Shown piece after piece: positions 39,325-53,130 of a stretch of DNA of 64,000 nt. The notes under the pieces were generated by a model. The model was not told the DNA's origin and ran no database searches. It was given only the letters and a program-made list of their open reading frames with translations. Numbering within the stretch: the stretch's first letter is position 1; each line of letters starts with the position of its first letter. The stretch is from Octopus sinensis (taxonomy: Eukaryota): assembly GCF_006345805.1 (NCBI RefSeq), contig NC_043011.1, positions 16,504,464-16,568,463 on the forward strand, written 5' to 3'. The translations under genes and the position numbers were made by a program.

Positions 39325-39515
39325 TATATAAAGCAGTACTTGGAGAAGAAGAAGAAGAAAGGAACGAAACGAACGAATCGAAATGGATGTATTTTATTTA
39401 TTACACTATTGTTTGACAGCGCCCTCGCGTCGATTCGATTCGATTCGTTCGTTTCGTTCCGTTCTTCTTCTTCTTCTTCTTCTTCTTCTTCTTCTCCAAG
39501 TACTGTTTTATATAT
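39325..39515. repeat. Fold-back built partly of microsatellites, (GAA)n(CGAA)n vs (TTCG)n(TTC)n
   Basis: AAGCAGTACTTGGAGAAGAAG...GAATCGAA is mirrored by TTCGATTC...CTTCTCCAAGTACTGTTT. Confidence 0.75.
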
Positions 39516-40241
39516 TAATTATGACGCGAAATTCTTTATCTCTTTGCTTTACCTTCCCGTCTCTCTCTCTCTCACTCTTCCTCATCTCTCTCTCAGCCGC
39601 TTGTCTTCCTCTATCTCTCTCTCTCACTCCTCCTCATCTTTGTCACTGCTAGCCAATACTACTTGCTTTTTACATGCGGCCATCAAACTGTGAACACACA
39701 TTTGCTTTCCCTTGCGCTGCCAGAATCTCCTCCGTCTAAGTCAGAAAAAGGCCTTTTCTATTGTTTTCTTGTTTATTTTTATTTTTATTTCTCGTATTGT
39801 ATTTTCTTGTACATGTATTTTTATCTTGTATTTTATTTTGTATTTTTATTTGTATCGTTTTTACGTCCTGTTTGTGTTACATATTATTTTTTTTTTCTTT
39901 CTTCTTTTTACCCCTCTGCGAAGTAATTTTATTTTAATTCTCTCGCAGGAAGGGCTAGTTTCGAACAGTCGCGTTCTGTCTTACTTTCGAAACACGCTAG
40001 AGTCGAACCAGAGACAGCTGATGAAGGGGATTTTTCTGTTGTAAAAAAGTGGTTTGTTCCATGCTTGTTTTTCCATTTTCGTTTCTTATTGAGTTCTACG
40101 TCTTGTTGTGGTGTCCTGTACTCACGTATATATTTATATATGCATGTATATGTACATGTAGATGTAGGTACGTACATATATGTTTGTATGTATGCATATA
40201 TTTTTATATACACTATATATATATATATATAACATTATATA

Positions 40242-40286
<45 letters not shown>

Positions 40287-41309
40287 TATATATATTATAT
40301 ATATATAATACATATATATATTTTATATATATATATATACATATATATATATTTATATATATATAATATATATATATATATTCACAAGCATATATATATA
40401 CAAACATATTATATATACATATACATATACACATATTGACACACGCACACACTCGCACACGTTCACTTGCATATTTATATCTTATGTATGAGTGTCTGCG
40501 TGTGAGTGCGTACGTGCGAGCGTGTGTGAGCGCGCGCGTGTTTGTGTGTGTGTGTGCGCGCTCGTGTGTACATACAGACATTTCGTCGAATACATTCGAG
40601 GTTTCTGTCTTCCTGTACTGCTTGGAAATGCAACTTACTCTCATGCGTCTGATTACGTGTCCATTAGTCAGTAATTTTCAATCAGAATATATCTATCATT
40701 TAGAAGACTTGATATATTTACTGTGAAGAATAAAGAATTATGTCGTCCTTTTACTTGTAAATAATGATACACATGTATGTACATATACATATATAAAAAA
40801 GAATGAGAGCGTACCTATGTGTACTTCTGTCTTCCCTGTGTGTATGTAAATATATTGTATGTCTGTGTATTATACTCACATATGCATTGCTGGCCCCGTG
40901 CCGTAAAAAATGACGGCTAATTTTAGTATTTTATATATAAATAAGATACAAAATCAGTACACAATATCCACACATACAATCATTCACACACTTCCCTTGT
41001 ACATGCATACACATACGCACATATACTCACACACAGTTGAAACACTGGTTGATTCTTTTTTCTCATCGTACAATTTCCATCACCCCACTACCATTTGCCA
41101 TCACCACTTGTTTCCTTATTCATCTATCACCCCATTCTTTTTCATTCATATGCTGTGAAGGAGAGTAACACAAGTCTATCATTATAGTATATATATATAT
41201 ATATATATAATTATATATATATATTCATATACATATACACATACACATACATACATATATACATACATACATACACACATATATGTATATATATAGAGAG
41301 AGCGTGTGT

Positions 41310-41350
<41 letters not shown>

Positions 41351-41384
41351 GGTGTGATGTACAGAATTGAATATTGAGAAAAAA

Positions 41385-41554
41385 AAAGTCGTCAGAATTT
41401 TGGAAAAAAAGTCCTTTCAATTCTTCATTATTATCAGCACTTTGATTCCTCTCTAGAACTTGTCAAATACAATTTGACAAGTTCTACAGAGGAACAAAAG
41501 CGCTAATAATAATGAAGAAATAAAAGGATTTTTTTCCAAAATTCTGACGACTTT
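41385..41554. repeat. Fold-back with about 84-bp imperfect arms and 3-nt loop
   Basis: AAAGTCGTCAGAATTTTGGAAAAAA...CTTGTCAAAT-ACA-ATTTGACAAG...TTTTCCAAAATTCTGACGACTTT. Confidence 0.85.
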
Positions 41555-41575
41555 CTCTCTCTCTCTCTCTCTCTT

Positions 41576-41606
<31 letters not shown>

Positions 41607-41768
41607 GTGTGTGTGTGATTATCTTAAGAAAGTAAAAGTTATGGCCATTGGAGTGACTATAAATTGCTTAGCAATATAGACGATTTTTCAGACTTAAATG
41701 GCCGAAGGCACATATCTACTCAACAACATAAGGAAGAATTGCATAACGATCAATTAGCTCTGTACTAA

Positions 41769-41843
<75 letters not shown>

Positions 41844-42139
41844 TGTCTCTGCTGCGGGCGGGACGGTGTTAGCGGTATGGGGCTATCCATTGACATCAGC
41901 TCGAACCATGATGATATTCGAAGGAGCTTGTATGTAGAAACGTGCGCGTGTGTGAGAGTGTCTGTGTGTGTGTGTGTGTGTCTGTCTGTCTGTCCTGTCT
42001 ATCTATCTGTCTGTGTATGTGTCTATGTTCTATGCGAGTAAGGATACCGACATATGAATTCTGAAACTGATGACCAGGATATGTAACAAGAAGTATTCCG
42101 CATTCTTAAACTTAAATTTAAAAACAGACAAATATTCAT

Positions 42140-42390
42140 GTTTCAGTTCCGCTGAGGTCGACTTTGCTTTTCAATCTTTTGGGGGTCGATAAATGAGTAC
42201 CAGCTGAGTACTGCGATCGATGTTATTGACTTACCTCCTGTCCTGAACTTGAAACTAATATGTTTAGAGCACTTCTGACATATATGTCACATGCGTGGCA
42301 CCTTAAGCAAGTATCTTCTGCCATAATCTCGGTCTGACTAAAGATTTGTGAGTGGATTTGGTAGACGGAAACTAAAGAAAACCCGTCATG

Positions 42391-42424
<34 letters not shown>

Positions 42425-42780
42425 ATATAATAAAATATGAATTTGAGATAAAACCACTATTATGCAACCAACTCAAACAGTGATAGACATAATAACAATA
42501 CATAAATAACAAATAATATATATAATTAATTTAATATATAATATATATATATATATATAATATATATATATATATATGTATGTATGTATATATTCCATCT
42601 CTTGACAACAAATGTTGGTGTGTTTACGTCCCCGTAAATTTCTGGTTCTGCAAAAGAGACCGGTAGAATAAGTACTAAGTTTACAAAGAATAAGTTCTGA
42701 GGTCGATTTGTTCGACTAAAGGTGATGCTTCAGCATGACCGCAGTCAAATGACTGAAACAAGTAAAAGAAATGATAGAAT
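42140..42780 (+). mobile_element. SINE family A fragment plus a family B copy split by (TA)n
   Basis: GAGGTCGACTTTGC..GGGGTCGATAAATGAGTACCAG; GTGAGTGGATTTGGTAGACGG; CAAATGACTGAAACAAG. Confidence 0.75.
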
Positions 42781-42879
42781 AAAAAAAAAAAAAATAAATA
42801 TATACATATATATATAATATGGGTGGCTAATTCGAAATTTTCAACCTAAAGGCAGAAATATATTGAACAAAGAAATATA

Positions 42880-43080
42880 GTGAGCAAAGGGCACTAACGA
42901 AAATTAGTATTGCTAGAAATAAGAGTCAAAATGCGAAATTATAGATGATCTGGCTATATCTGCGACCGTAGGGAGTTTGTTTCCCTTGTCAGTCATTAAG
43001 TCAGTGCTTTTGTGGCTTTTGAGTTGTTTTGATTCTTATTTCTAGCAATACCGGTGCTGATTAGTACCCTTTGTTCACTT
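42880..43080. mobile_element. MITE-like element with about 50-bp imperfect TIRs
   Basis: AGTGAGCAAAGGG...TATTGCTAGAAATAAGAGTCAAAA is mirrored by TTTTGATTCTTATTTCTAGCAATA...CCCTTTGTTCACT. Confidence 0.7.
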
Positions 43081-43102
43081 TAGTGGCGTAACTATTTCTG
43101 CC

Positions 43103-43500
43103 TCTATATCTATTATATAAAATCCGTTCTGTCTGTGTGTGCGTCCACCATCCGATTGCGCTAAAATCTGGCATGTAGATACCGACGGTATCAGGGCGTG
43201 TATAAATCTTGCAAAATTTACAAAAATCGATTCCAGGTGAGAATGCGATCGATAAAGCTGTGAGAACATGCATTTGTACGCGCAAAGACATCAGCTGTTG
43301 CGATCGATACTACGCGTACGCGAGAAAAATGCACGTGCAGTTTACGCAAAAAACGCCGGCTGGCTTGAAATACTGCCACAAAAAGCAGTATTTTTAAGAG
43401 ACCAAAAAATAAGATGCAAAAGAGATATTTTCTTCAAACTTGACATGAAGGAAGGAAAGACTGTTTGGTTTCCCAAGAAGATATTTTTGCCTTAATTTCG
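43103..43500 (+). mobile_element. Possible non-autonomous Helitron/Helentron-like element (5' part)
   Basis: TCTAT(A)TATATAAAA..CTGTCTGTGTG start and ATCCGATTGCGCTAAAATCTGGCA resemble Helitron-type 5' ends. CpG-rich. No 3' hairpin or CTAG found. Confidence 0.4.
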
Positions 43501-43719
43501 TTTAATATAACCAAAAATTTTATTGAAATAAAGGTATGCATAATTATTTTTTAATAAAAAGAAAATACTGATTGCTTGCTTCAAATTCAGCAGATATGAT
43601 TCAGCACTGACCACTGGACGGCGAGGGGACGTTTTGCTCGGATATACATACATACATACATACATACTAACATATTATATATTAATATATATAATATATA
43701 TAGTATAATATATATATAT

Positions 43720-44480
43720 GAAGAAAATAGTAAAGTGTGAAAAAACGACAGAAGGCTTAATGTTAAAAATATATATATTTGTGTCAAAATGTCTGGAGAA
43801 TATTGGAAAAATTTTTTTCCTTTCCTTAAAATGACATAATTTTAAAATTTTAAAGAAATTACCGTTTTCGCGTTAGCTTTTCAAATTTCTTGTGACGTTA
43901 TGTTTATATTGTATGGAATTATCGTTGTTTTTATTTTTCCCCAGGAGATTTCTAAATAAGGGGAGGTAGTGAGTGATTTTTTCCGGTGTAGGGGAGATAA
44001 TCGCTTAAAAAAATTTTTTCCTCCCATTTCCTTGTAATTTCTCTGGTCAGTATGTTCGGATGGTTGAGTCTGGGTTTGTACTTTTCAATGAAGAATGTTT
44101 CTTGTTCAGTCTCATTTGTGTTGATGATCCAAAGCACATTGGTAAAATGGGAAGATTAAAAATTGTGGCAGTAGTTGCTTTGCGCATTTCTCGATTTTTA
44201 AGCGATTATCTCCCCTACAACCGGAAAAAATCACTCACTACCTCCCCTTATTAGAAATCTCCTGGAATAAAAACAATAATTCCATACAATATAAACATAA
44301 CGTCACAAGAAATTTGAAAAGCTACACGCGAAACCGGTAATTTCTTTAAAAATTTTAAAATTATGTCATTTTAAGGAAAGGAAAAAAATTTTCCAATATT
44401 CTCCAGACATTTTGACACAAATATATATATTTTTTAACATTAAGCCTTCTGTCGTTTTTTCACACTTTACTATTTTTCTT
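43720..44480 (-). mobile_element. 5'-truncated Penelope-like element: GIY-YIG C-terminus and pLTR plus an inverted pLTR copy
   Basis: About 290-bp inverted arms (43720-44010 and 44195-44480). Frameshift-joined minus translation of the spacer is KCAKQLLPQFLIFPFYQC...QMRLNKETFFIEKYKPRLN, resembling a PLE endonuclease end. Each arm has a hammerhead motif. Confidence 0.75.
44307..44346 (+). ncRNA. Minimal hammerhead with U3-A8 core variant (mirror copy at 43853-43891, minus strand)
   Basis: AAGAAAU-UUGAAAA-GC-UACAC-GC-GAAAC-CG-GUA-AUUUCUU; 7-bp stem I and palindromic stem III ACCGGU. Confidence 0.65.
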
Positions 44481-46068
44481 ATTATTCACCCACGTGCTTT
44501 ACCAAACAAACTTTCTTATCTATATATATATATATATATATAAATTATATATAATATATATTATATATTATATATATATTATATATATATAGATATAATT
44601 CCTTTCCTTCATGCATACATACTTACATACATGATGGTTATCTACTCCTTATGCTGAGTTTGACTACCTCTTTTGCGTACACTTTAGATCCATCATGGCG
44701 TTCTGATGTGGCTTTTTAAACTAGACAATGTCTTCAAAAGACACCCATATAAATTGCATATCTGACTTGGGCCACCAAAAGTTGCAATTAAGTTCTGATC
44801 TTTGAGGATCTTAAAATACATACATACATACTTAGAAATTTCAGTAAGTGAACCGCTATCATGTGACAATGCTTGTACCGAAAATTAAGGCTTTCATGTC
44901 TGTGTGGCGTATCTAGTGACAGTCCCAAACGGCCAGGGTTCTTAACATTGAATCTGTTAAATGGCAGAGAGGAACAGATCTGTTTATATGTAATCCGGTG
45001 CCTGAATGTATATCGTTTGTTTATATATGCGTAAGCATAACATTTTGTTTCCTACTAAATCCCTGCGTTTGTGGCATACGAGAAACAATCATGGCTGTGC
45101 CCCAAATTAAGTTTGTTGGTTTATAAATCTAACGTCATGTGGCAGAATGAATTTGTGTGTGAGTAGTTGTTGGTGATTGTACTTTGCTAAAATTTACTCA
45201 GTCTTGGTTTGTATTTTTGTAATAAGTTATTTTCTAAGTTTATTTGCGCTTGATCTGGTGGCATTTACTGAACCGAGGTTAAGTGAAAAGACCTAGAATT
45301 TAGAGCCCTCTTTTTTGTTCATATGGCGATGTGCTCACTCAGTGGGTGCTGTGTAGTACTGTGTAGTACTGTGTAGTACAGATTAAATTGAAAACGCCTT
45401 GATTGTTTGGGACTGTCACAAGACGCATTCACTCAGTTGTGTGAGCCTTGATTTTCGGCACAAATTATATTGTAACATGATATAAACACTTGGACGAAAA
45501 AGGAAATAAAAAAAATTTCTAAGCCTTACCATGTGAACATTCTTTCTAAATCGAATTCTGTCCTAACCAGCCTCCTACCCTAACTAATTTGAGCAATGTT
45601 AAGATAATTTTTTAACTCCGGTCAGAAGGAAGACAGTTTCAGTGTAGCCTCACGTCTTTCTATCTCAAATTTTGAACATCAGAAAAATCGACAAACTTTT
45701 TAAAATAAATGTAAAAGACTCCTAATGTATTTTCAATTTATTTTTTATACGTTTGTGTCCATGTGCAACAAAACAATTTCGTTTAATCTCTCAGCCTATC
45801 TCCCTCCACACCACACACAAACACATATATGCTGGACCGCTGAAATCTTCAAGTCTTTTTCATTCTCTCTCAGTCTACTTTCTCTTATTCCTTTCTTGTG
45901 AAGGGCGTAGGTTTGAAATGTAAAAGACTTCTTCATTTTCCCGAGCGTCAAACTAATACGCTTGCTTGTTATTCATAAACCTGTCTTCATCTTTTGTTTT
46001 CAATAAATTTCAGTTATATATATGTATATTTGTATGTATGTATGTATGTATGTATGTATGTATGTATG

Positions 46069-46100
<32 letters not shown>

Positions 46101-46104
46101 AATC

Positions 46105-46140
<36 letters not shown>

Positions 46141-46150
46141 ATGTATGTAT

Positions 46151-46182
<32 letters not shown>

Positions 46183-46185
<3 letters not shown>

Positions 46186-46285
46186 CGCAGAAGTGGCTGT
46201 GTGGTAAGTAGCTTGCTAACCAACCACATGGTTCCGGGTTCAGTCCCACTGCGTGGCATCTTGGGCAAATGTCTTCTGCTATAGC
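46183..46285 (+). mobile_element. SINE family B head
   Basis: GGCGCAGAAGTGGCTGTGTGGTAAG...CTTGGGCAAATGTC. Confidence 0.85.
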
Positions 46286-47109
46286 AGACGCCTTGATTAT
46301 GAGAACATTTTAATAATTTCACTTAAATTAAAGTAAAAATTTAACAGAATATTTGTGTTCTTAATTTACAGCCCCCCATTAAAATCAGAATCTGTTTTTT
46401 TTTTCTGTTACAAAATTGGAAACTATATCTCATGACCTACCAATGTCGTCTGTGCACCTCACTTCCTTCTTTTATATAGGTAATTCAAACTGCTTATGTG
46501 TGTGTGTTTATCTGTGTGCGAATACATAATATATAAATACTCATACATAGACACATACTTTATCATTTTTGCTTATTATTTCTTTATTTTCTTGGTTTAC
46601 TTCCATTCTGAACTGTTCCTATTTTTACTTTCGATTTCACATACCATTTGATGCATTCCATTTATATAAGCACATGAATATTTTTTAGTTCCTTTTTACC
46701 AGATATTTACAAACGTCTGACTAAGTAAATATTGATATTTCAATCTTGTCTGTGTAGCACATAGTTTTATTTGTCACATGCCTGATAACTCCATTTTTCG
46801 TTTAATTTGATAGCCACAAGTGTTGCTCGCTATGACGTCATATGACCATCGCAACAGATATGTTTCCTCTGTATAGTCTTACTATACAGAAACAAAAATA
46901 ACTTCTCTTATTATCGATATCAGTGAGGAAGAGTACAAGTTCCATGAATATCTGTCAGCATGTGCTTATGTATATATGTTTGTTTTTTTATTCTATATGT
47001 TTAGTGTCCACGTAGTTTAAGAAAAATAACTCACAGCACCCAATGCGTGAATTTGGGCTTCCTAACAGTCAAAAATTTCGGCCAACTGTATCATAATATT
47101 GATTTCAAA

Positions 47110-47940
47110 TTTGGGTACGAGGCCATCAAGTTCGACCCCAATGCTCAAAGAGTACTTATATTTTCGACTCGGAAATGACGTAAGACAAAGTAGAACGTGT
47201 TGAAATTTGAACTTAGAACGTTAAGTCGGAGGTATTGCCGCTAAACATTTTGCTGAACTTGTTAACAATTATGCCACCTCGCTACCTTACAACTATCGTC
47301 TTAATATCGGTTAGAATTCAAGGGAAAGGGGCTAAATCGATTAAATCGAGTTCAGTGCTAAACTGCTGCTTATATTATTGACTCGGAAAGGATGTAAGGC
47401 AAAGTAGGTCTCGGTGGAATTTGAATTCAGAAAGTAAGGACGGACGAAATGCCTCTAGGGATTTTACCTAGCGTGCTAATAATCATTCCAGCTCGCAGCC
47501 CTACCGTTATCATTATAATATCGGTTTTAAAATTTTGGCACAAGGCCTGAAATTTTAGGGGAGCGGGTAAGTCGATTATATTGATCCAATGTTCAAACAG
47601 TACTTAGTTTATCGACCCCGAAGGATGCAAGGCAAAGTCGACCTCGCATGGAAAGACGGACGAAATGTCCGGCGTGCAAACCATTCCGCCGGCATACCGT
47701 CTCACAACTGTCATCACAATATACTTTCTTCTGGGGGCACACAAAGCCTTGAATTTGGGGGAAGAGATTAAGTCGATTACAACGACCGCAGTGCGTAACT
47801 GGTAATTGTTTAATCGACTTCGAAAGGATGAAGGCAAAGTCGATGCCCGGTTGAATTTGAACTCAGAACGTAGCAACGGGCAAAATATGGCTAAGCATTT
47901 TGCCCGGTGTGCTAACGATTCTGCCAGCTCGCAGCCTCCA
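47110..47940 (-). mobile_element. Cluster of about four same-orientation diverged SINE family A copies
   Basis: Repeated GGATG.A.GGCAAAGT.GAC and GAATTTGAACT.AGAA blocks. Confidence 0.8.
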
Positions 47941-48398
47941 TCTGTCATCATAATAACGACATCAGATATTTATTGTTCAGTTCGGCGAAGAAGGTAGAAT
48001 CGAACAAAGGGAGAAAGAGTTTTGACAACATCGATAACACAAATAGGCTCTTAAACAAACAGTAAATTAATGAAATATGTGTTCACAACGAGGAAAAAAA
48101 TAATTATAAAATATAGAAACATCCGTATGTGTGCATTCATATATCTTTCAACATAACGACAAAATTAAGACAAATTATACAAACATGGCTGTGAGGTATA
48201 AAGCTTGCTTCCACCGCCTTGAAGGACATTAGTCGAACAAATCGTTCCCAGGTCTAATTTTTTTAATGAGTAGTACTTACTCTGTCGATTAATTTTTGCC
48301 GACCTGCTAAGTTACGATGACATAAACTCACCAACAGCAGCTGTCAAGCAGTGGGGTGAGGACAAACACTGACACAGGCACACATACATACACACACA

Positions 48399-48425
48399 GA
48401 TAGATAGATAGATAGATAGATAGAT

Positions 48426-48476
<51 letters not shown>

Positions 48477-48531
48477 GAAGGATATATAGATAGATAGAAG
48501 GACAGGTAGATAGACAGACAGACAGACAGAC

Positions 48532-48589
<58 letters not shown>

Positions 48590-48590
48590 C

Positions 48591-48624
<34 letters not shown>
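48399..48624. repeat. (GATA)n microsatellite
   Basis: Seen directly. Confidence 0.95.
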
Positions 48625-48625
<1 letters not shown>

Positions 48626-48775
48626 GACGGATTCTTTCAATTTCCGAGTGTCAAATACATTCACAAGGCTTTGGTTGGCTCGAAGCTATAGGTGAAAACA
48701 TTTGCCCAAGGTCCCATGCAGTGGTACTGAACCCAGAGTCATGCGGTTGGAAAGTAAGCTTCTTACCACACAGTC
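48625..48775 (-). mobile_element. SINE family B 5' part
   Basis: Reverse complement of the head and core (TTGCCCAAGG, CTTACCACACAG). Confidence 0.75.
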
Positions 48776-49625
48776 TCAATGTCCATTATTATACATTCTG
48801 AATTTGATTTCATAATGCAGAGCATCAAAATCATTAACTGTACAAATTCTTGTGCTAAATCTCTAACAACTGTGCGTTCAATATTGAAAGTTAATTATGA
48901 ATATGCTTTGATAGTCATTATAGTTTTGTAATGCAAAGTCTTTTAGATTTTAGAGAGTACCTGATTGTTGGATGACATTTATTGAGTCCCATCAGTAAAA
49001 TGATTTTAATAAGGAATCAGAAACGTCTATCACGCTTGCGTCAAAGGACGGAAACTTAAATTTAAATATTGATTGTTTCATTAGTACAGACGACTCGTTT
49101 ATCTTCATTTTAAAATTGGCGTACATTAAATGAAACTGCGAAAGTTAACCAAAGGCGATTTGAACTCTGGGACTATAAGGGAAAGATTGTAATCTGCCAT
49201 CATGTGAGTACATTTCCTTCTAGGACAATCGGATTGTAGTGACAGGTGTGATTTAGTCAATAGTTGCTTATGTCTCTGTGTTGTACAAATGTTAGTCATA
49301 AAACGAAAATTCTAGCAGGAAGATTATTACAAGCAACGTTATTAAATTTTCGTTGTCTTCCATAATTGATATGCAACTCACTTTGAAGTCTAGCAAGTGA
49401 TTTTGGTAACAATAAAAGCAACTGTATTTCGGAGTAATTTTGTATCACTGCTTACTGCACTCCGACTTAAAATTAGGATAACCTTATTATATGTATAGTC
49501 AATAACATTATTTAAACTATCTTTAATAACTCTAGTGTTGATAACAGAGCCCTTTTATCAGCGTATGTAAAACATATGACAAGGTGCTGTAACAACTCAG
49601 TACTATATCACTTCCATGGAATGTA

Positions 49626-49841
49626 TGAAGGCGTACTGAAAAGTACCTGGCTTTAAGGGTATCGCGAAAGGCCTGGTTTGATGCCCAAACTTTCGAGTTC
49701 TTTTACCAGGTTTAAAAAACTGAAGGACCATTGCAATATATGTGTGAATCTGAGAGATAGATATGTTGAATAGAATTACAATTTACTGATCCTGCTGTAT
49801 TTTTTAAAATTCTAAACCAGGAACTTTTCATCAACCGCTCG
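49626..49841. mobile_element. Mariner-derived MITE with TA flanks
   Basis: TA-TGAAGGCGTACTGAAAAGTACCTGG ... CCAGGAACTTTTCATCAACCGCTCG-TA; imperfect TIRs. Confidence 0.65.
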
Positions 49842-50579
49842 TATATTCTCAGGCTCGCATTTATGTAAATATGAAATACTGAAATCACATGACTGAAACA
49901 AGGTATTTCCGAAAACGCTCAGATTTTGTTTTTGTCCGTGTTAATTCCCAATGCAATTCAAAACATATATGCATTGTGTAAATGAACTTCTTGGGGTGAA
50001 AAATCATCGCCCTTAGCACAAGTTGTCAAACTTGTTGTCTCTATGACGGGAATCCCATCACAAAATTCGAGTCAACAGATGTATAAAAATAACGGAAATG
50101 GAACCAATGTGGTAGAATTTATGATGAATAAAGTGAACTTAAAAATCTTTGAACTGATTCAACGATTTAAAGTAATTGACAATAATAATGAAAAATGAAA
50201 TTGTTATGTACTGGATTCTCCCGGAAAATCAATACACTTGAATGCCATCACACGTCTGATTCCATAACTGGAGATATTACGGCTCTCTCTTAATTACATT
50301 TAGGAACATTAATGTTAAGATAGAAATTTACGTATATTTTGCCACCAGAATATTTCATTCAACATGGTTGTCTCCACTCGGAGTCGTATTTGTGTTTCCT
50401 AATCATTGTAAGCAGGGATTTAAATATTGCTAATATGAAGCATTAAACTGAAAGGTTTACTGTAAACTCTACTTTTCTAAAGGCCAGTTCCCATACCAAT
50501 TCGCTAAATAGCTTTAATTTATTGTCCTGACACCCAAAGAGATGAAGGCTTTGAGGTTGTTTTTAAGCTTAAATGTTGG

Positions 50580-51124
50580 CATATCTTATAAGAAACAGAA
50601 AATCAGGAAGCTAACCATGATACTGGCTGACAACTAGGTCCCGAAATACATAGAAAATGCTTTCAGTTGACATTATGATTCCGTTGGATCAATACAGTAC
50701 ACACATAGGCGCAGGAGTGGCTGTGTGGTAAGTAGCTTGCTAACCAACCACATGATTCCGAGTTCAGTCCCACTGCGTGGCATCTTGGGCAAGTGTCTTT
50801 TGCTATAGCCCCGAGCCGACCAAAGCCTTGTGAGTGGATTTGGTAGACGGACACTGAAAGAAGCCTGTCGTATATATGTATATGTATATATATGTATGTA
50901 TGTGTGTGTTTGTGTGTCTGTGTTCGTCCCCCTAGCATTGCTTGACAACCGATGCTGGTGTGTTTACGTCCCCGTCACTTAGCGGTTCGGCAAAAGAGAC
51001 CGATGGAATAAGTACTGGTCTTACAAACGAATAAACCCCGGGGTCGATTTGCTCGACTAAAGGCGGTGCTCCAGCATGGCCGCAGTCAAATGACTGAAAC
51101 AAGTAAAAGATAAAAGATAAAAGA
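50580..51124 (+). repeat. Duplicated block (about 128-bp flank plus full SINE B at 50708), second copy at 53533-54073
   Basis: Flank and SINE are nearly identical in both copies. Confidence 0.9.
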
Positions 51125-51178
51125 CATAAACACATTCACACACAACCGCACGTGCACACACACAGATGCATGTATAAA

Positions 51179-51340
51179 TCTATAATATATGTGGAAAATT
51201 CTGTCTGTGGTTGTGTTTATGGAGTTGTTAACTAACTCTTCCTACGTCGTTTTATTCGATTTTGATGAAACGTGACACGTGAGTAGAAGTCATGTCTGAA
51301 AACCTCATGGCATATTCAGATTGTTACAAAACTCGATAAT
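51179..51340 (+). mobile_element. Possible Helitron-like non-autonomous fragment
   Basis: TCTATAATATAT..CTGTCTGT..AACT.CTTCC..CGATTTTGATGAAACG pattern. Confidence 0.35.
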
Positions 51341-52699
51341 AGGGCCCCTGGAAGGGATCTTTATATATATATCTCATATATTTCATTTTAACAGCTAAGG
51401 GAAATACACCATTCATTTTCCTAAATCATTTGGTATATATCAAATTGAGTATGCTTATTTTTTTGTATTTGAACTGTTAGAGCTATTTTTGCAATTTATC
51501 CAGTACAACCCTTAAACAAGTAAATAGTATTTTCCTAAACAATAGATCCACTTGTTTAGGTTAATGATTACTCACAAATATAGCAACACTAGTGCCACTG
51601 AGGATAATATTCTCTGGGAACGCACAAAAACCCTCTTCAGTGTTATTTACTTTTGAATTGTTATTATCTCATATCTGATTAGCCTATTATCAGGTAAGAT
51701 GCTTCACGATTTTAGTATACATACCTTATTAGTATTTCCCCCTAAGTTCTATATACTCTGGAACCGCATTAAAGCCGTTTTCGGGACTACTTTATTTGAA
51801 TTCTTACTATCGGATAACTAATTTCATGTTATTACATAACTGAATTCACAATTTAGGTAATCATAATTTATTGGAAATTCCTAAAAACAAGATCCCGGTA
51901 AGACAGTTTGGTATTCTCAGTAAATACACAAAAAGCCGTCTTAATGGCTACATACTTTGTATTGTTGTTATTGGATTAATAAAACAATTATGAGAACGGA
52001 ACCAAGGGATAAGCCCCGCTTTCCCGTGAATTATCCGGTACGTCACTTAGTATATGCATATATGTATGCATGTGTGCTTGTCTATGCGTGACTAGTGTGA
52101 TTTCATATCTATGTGTGAGTAAGTTCATAAACATACAATTGATAAGGATGCTTACGTATTATACAATTTGCCGTTGCACATTATTATCAATTTTGGGCAT
52201 ATACGTCAGATCATTAACTATAATTATGCATAGGATTTTCTGTGTCATTTTCAGTACGCATATCTTTGTTCACCTAAATGCATAGAGATTCGGGTTTGTA
52301 TATGTCTAATATTCAAAATGTTTTTACAAGAGTGGTACAGTTGACAGCATTCAGCGTCCGTATTGGTCACTGTGCTAGATTAATGTCGTAACTATCTTTG
52401 GAGTACTACGGCGTGCGTTGTGTGTGTCTATATACTAACTCTGCTAAAGGTTATTCTTGGCAAACATATCCAAATATTTATTTGGGTAATATTATTCTTG
52501 CATCAGACGCGCATAACTCACACCATAACACACACAGACACATATATATATATAAATACATATATCATATATATAAATACATATATCATATATACATAGA
52601 TATATATATATATATATATGAATCTCAATAAATTCATGTCAATAAGCGAGCCATATGCATTAAATATGTCCCATAGAAGAGGACCAATACACACAAAAC

Positions 52700-53008
52700 C
52701 ATCATTTACCGAGACAGCAGAATAATCATGTTGCGGAGAGTAAATACCTCCAATCGTTTAAATAATCATCTGAATGACAGTGAGAAATCCCACCTGAGAG
52801 ATGAACTTTTCGAGACAGAAAATAAACTCAAAACCTTCCATGGAAAAGAAAAGAAGAAATACGAAAATATAAAAAAAAAGAAATCCTAAAGCCCTCTACA
52901 CGTTGGCAGCGGAGTCTGACTCAGTACGGTATAAGGTAGGGCCACTATTTTATAAAAACGTCTCACTAACTGCAGACCCGGGGAACATAAGTGAAGCACT
53001 GAATAAAC
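52700..53008 (+). pseudogene. CR1/L2-like LINE ORF2 linker fragment
   Basis: Translates to ..LRDELFETENKLKTFH..; PKALYTLA....VRYKVGPL...[16 protein letters not shown], similar to the NPK.F...IGPL...D....E.LN.QF linker. Confidence 0.55.
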
Positions 53009-53012
53009 AATA

Positions 53013-53130
<118 letters not shown>

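Noticed and set aside
39995-40040. CTGATGAAGGG hammerhead-like core
   Set aside because: No closing stem II, GAAA or triplet follows in this copy.
45351-45380. Three copies of GTGTAGTACT
   Set aside because: Trivial slippage repeat.
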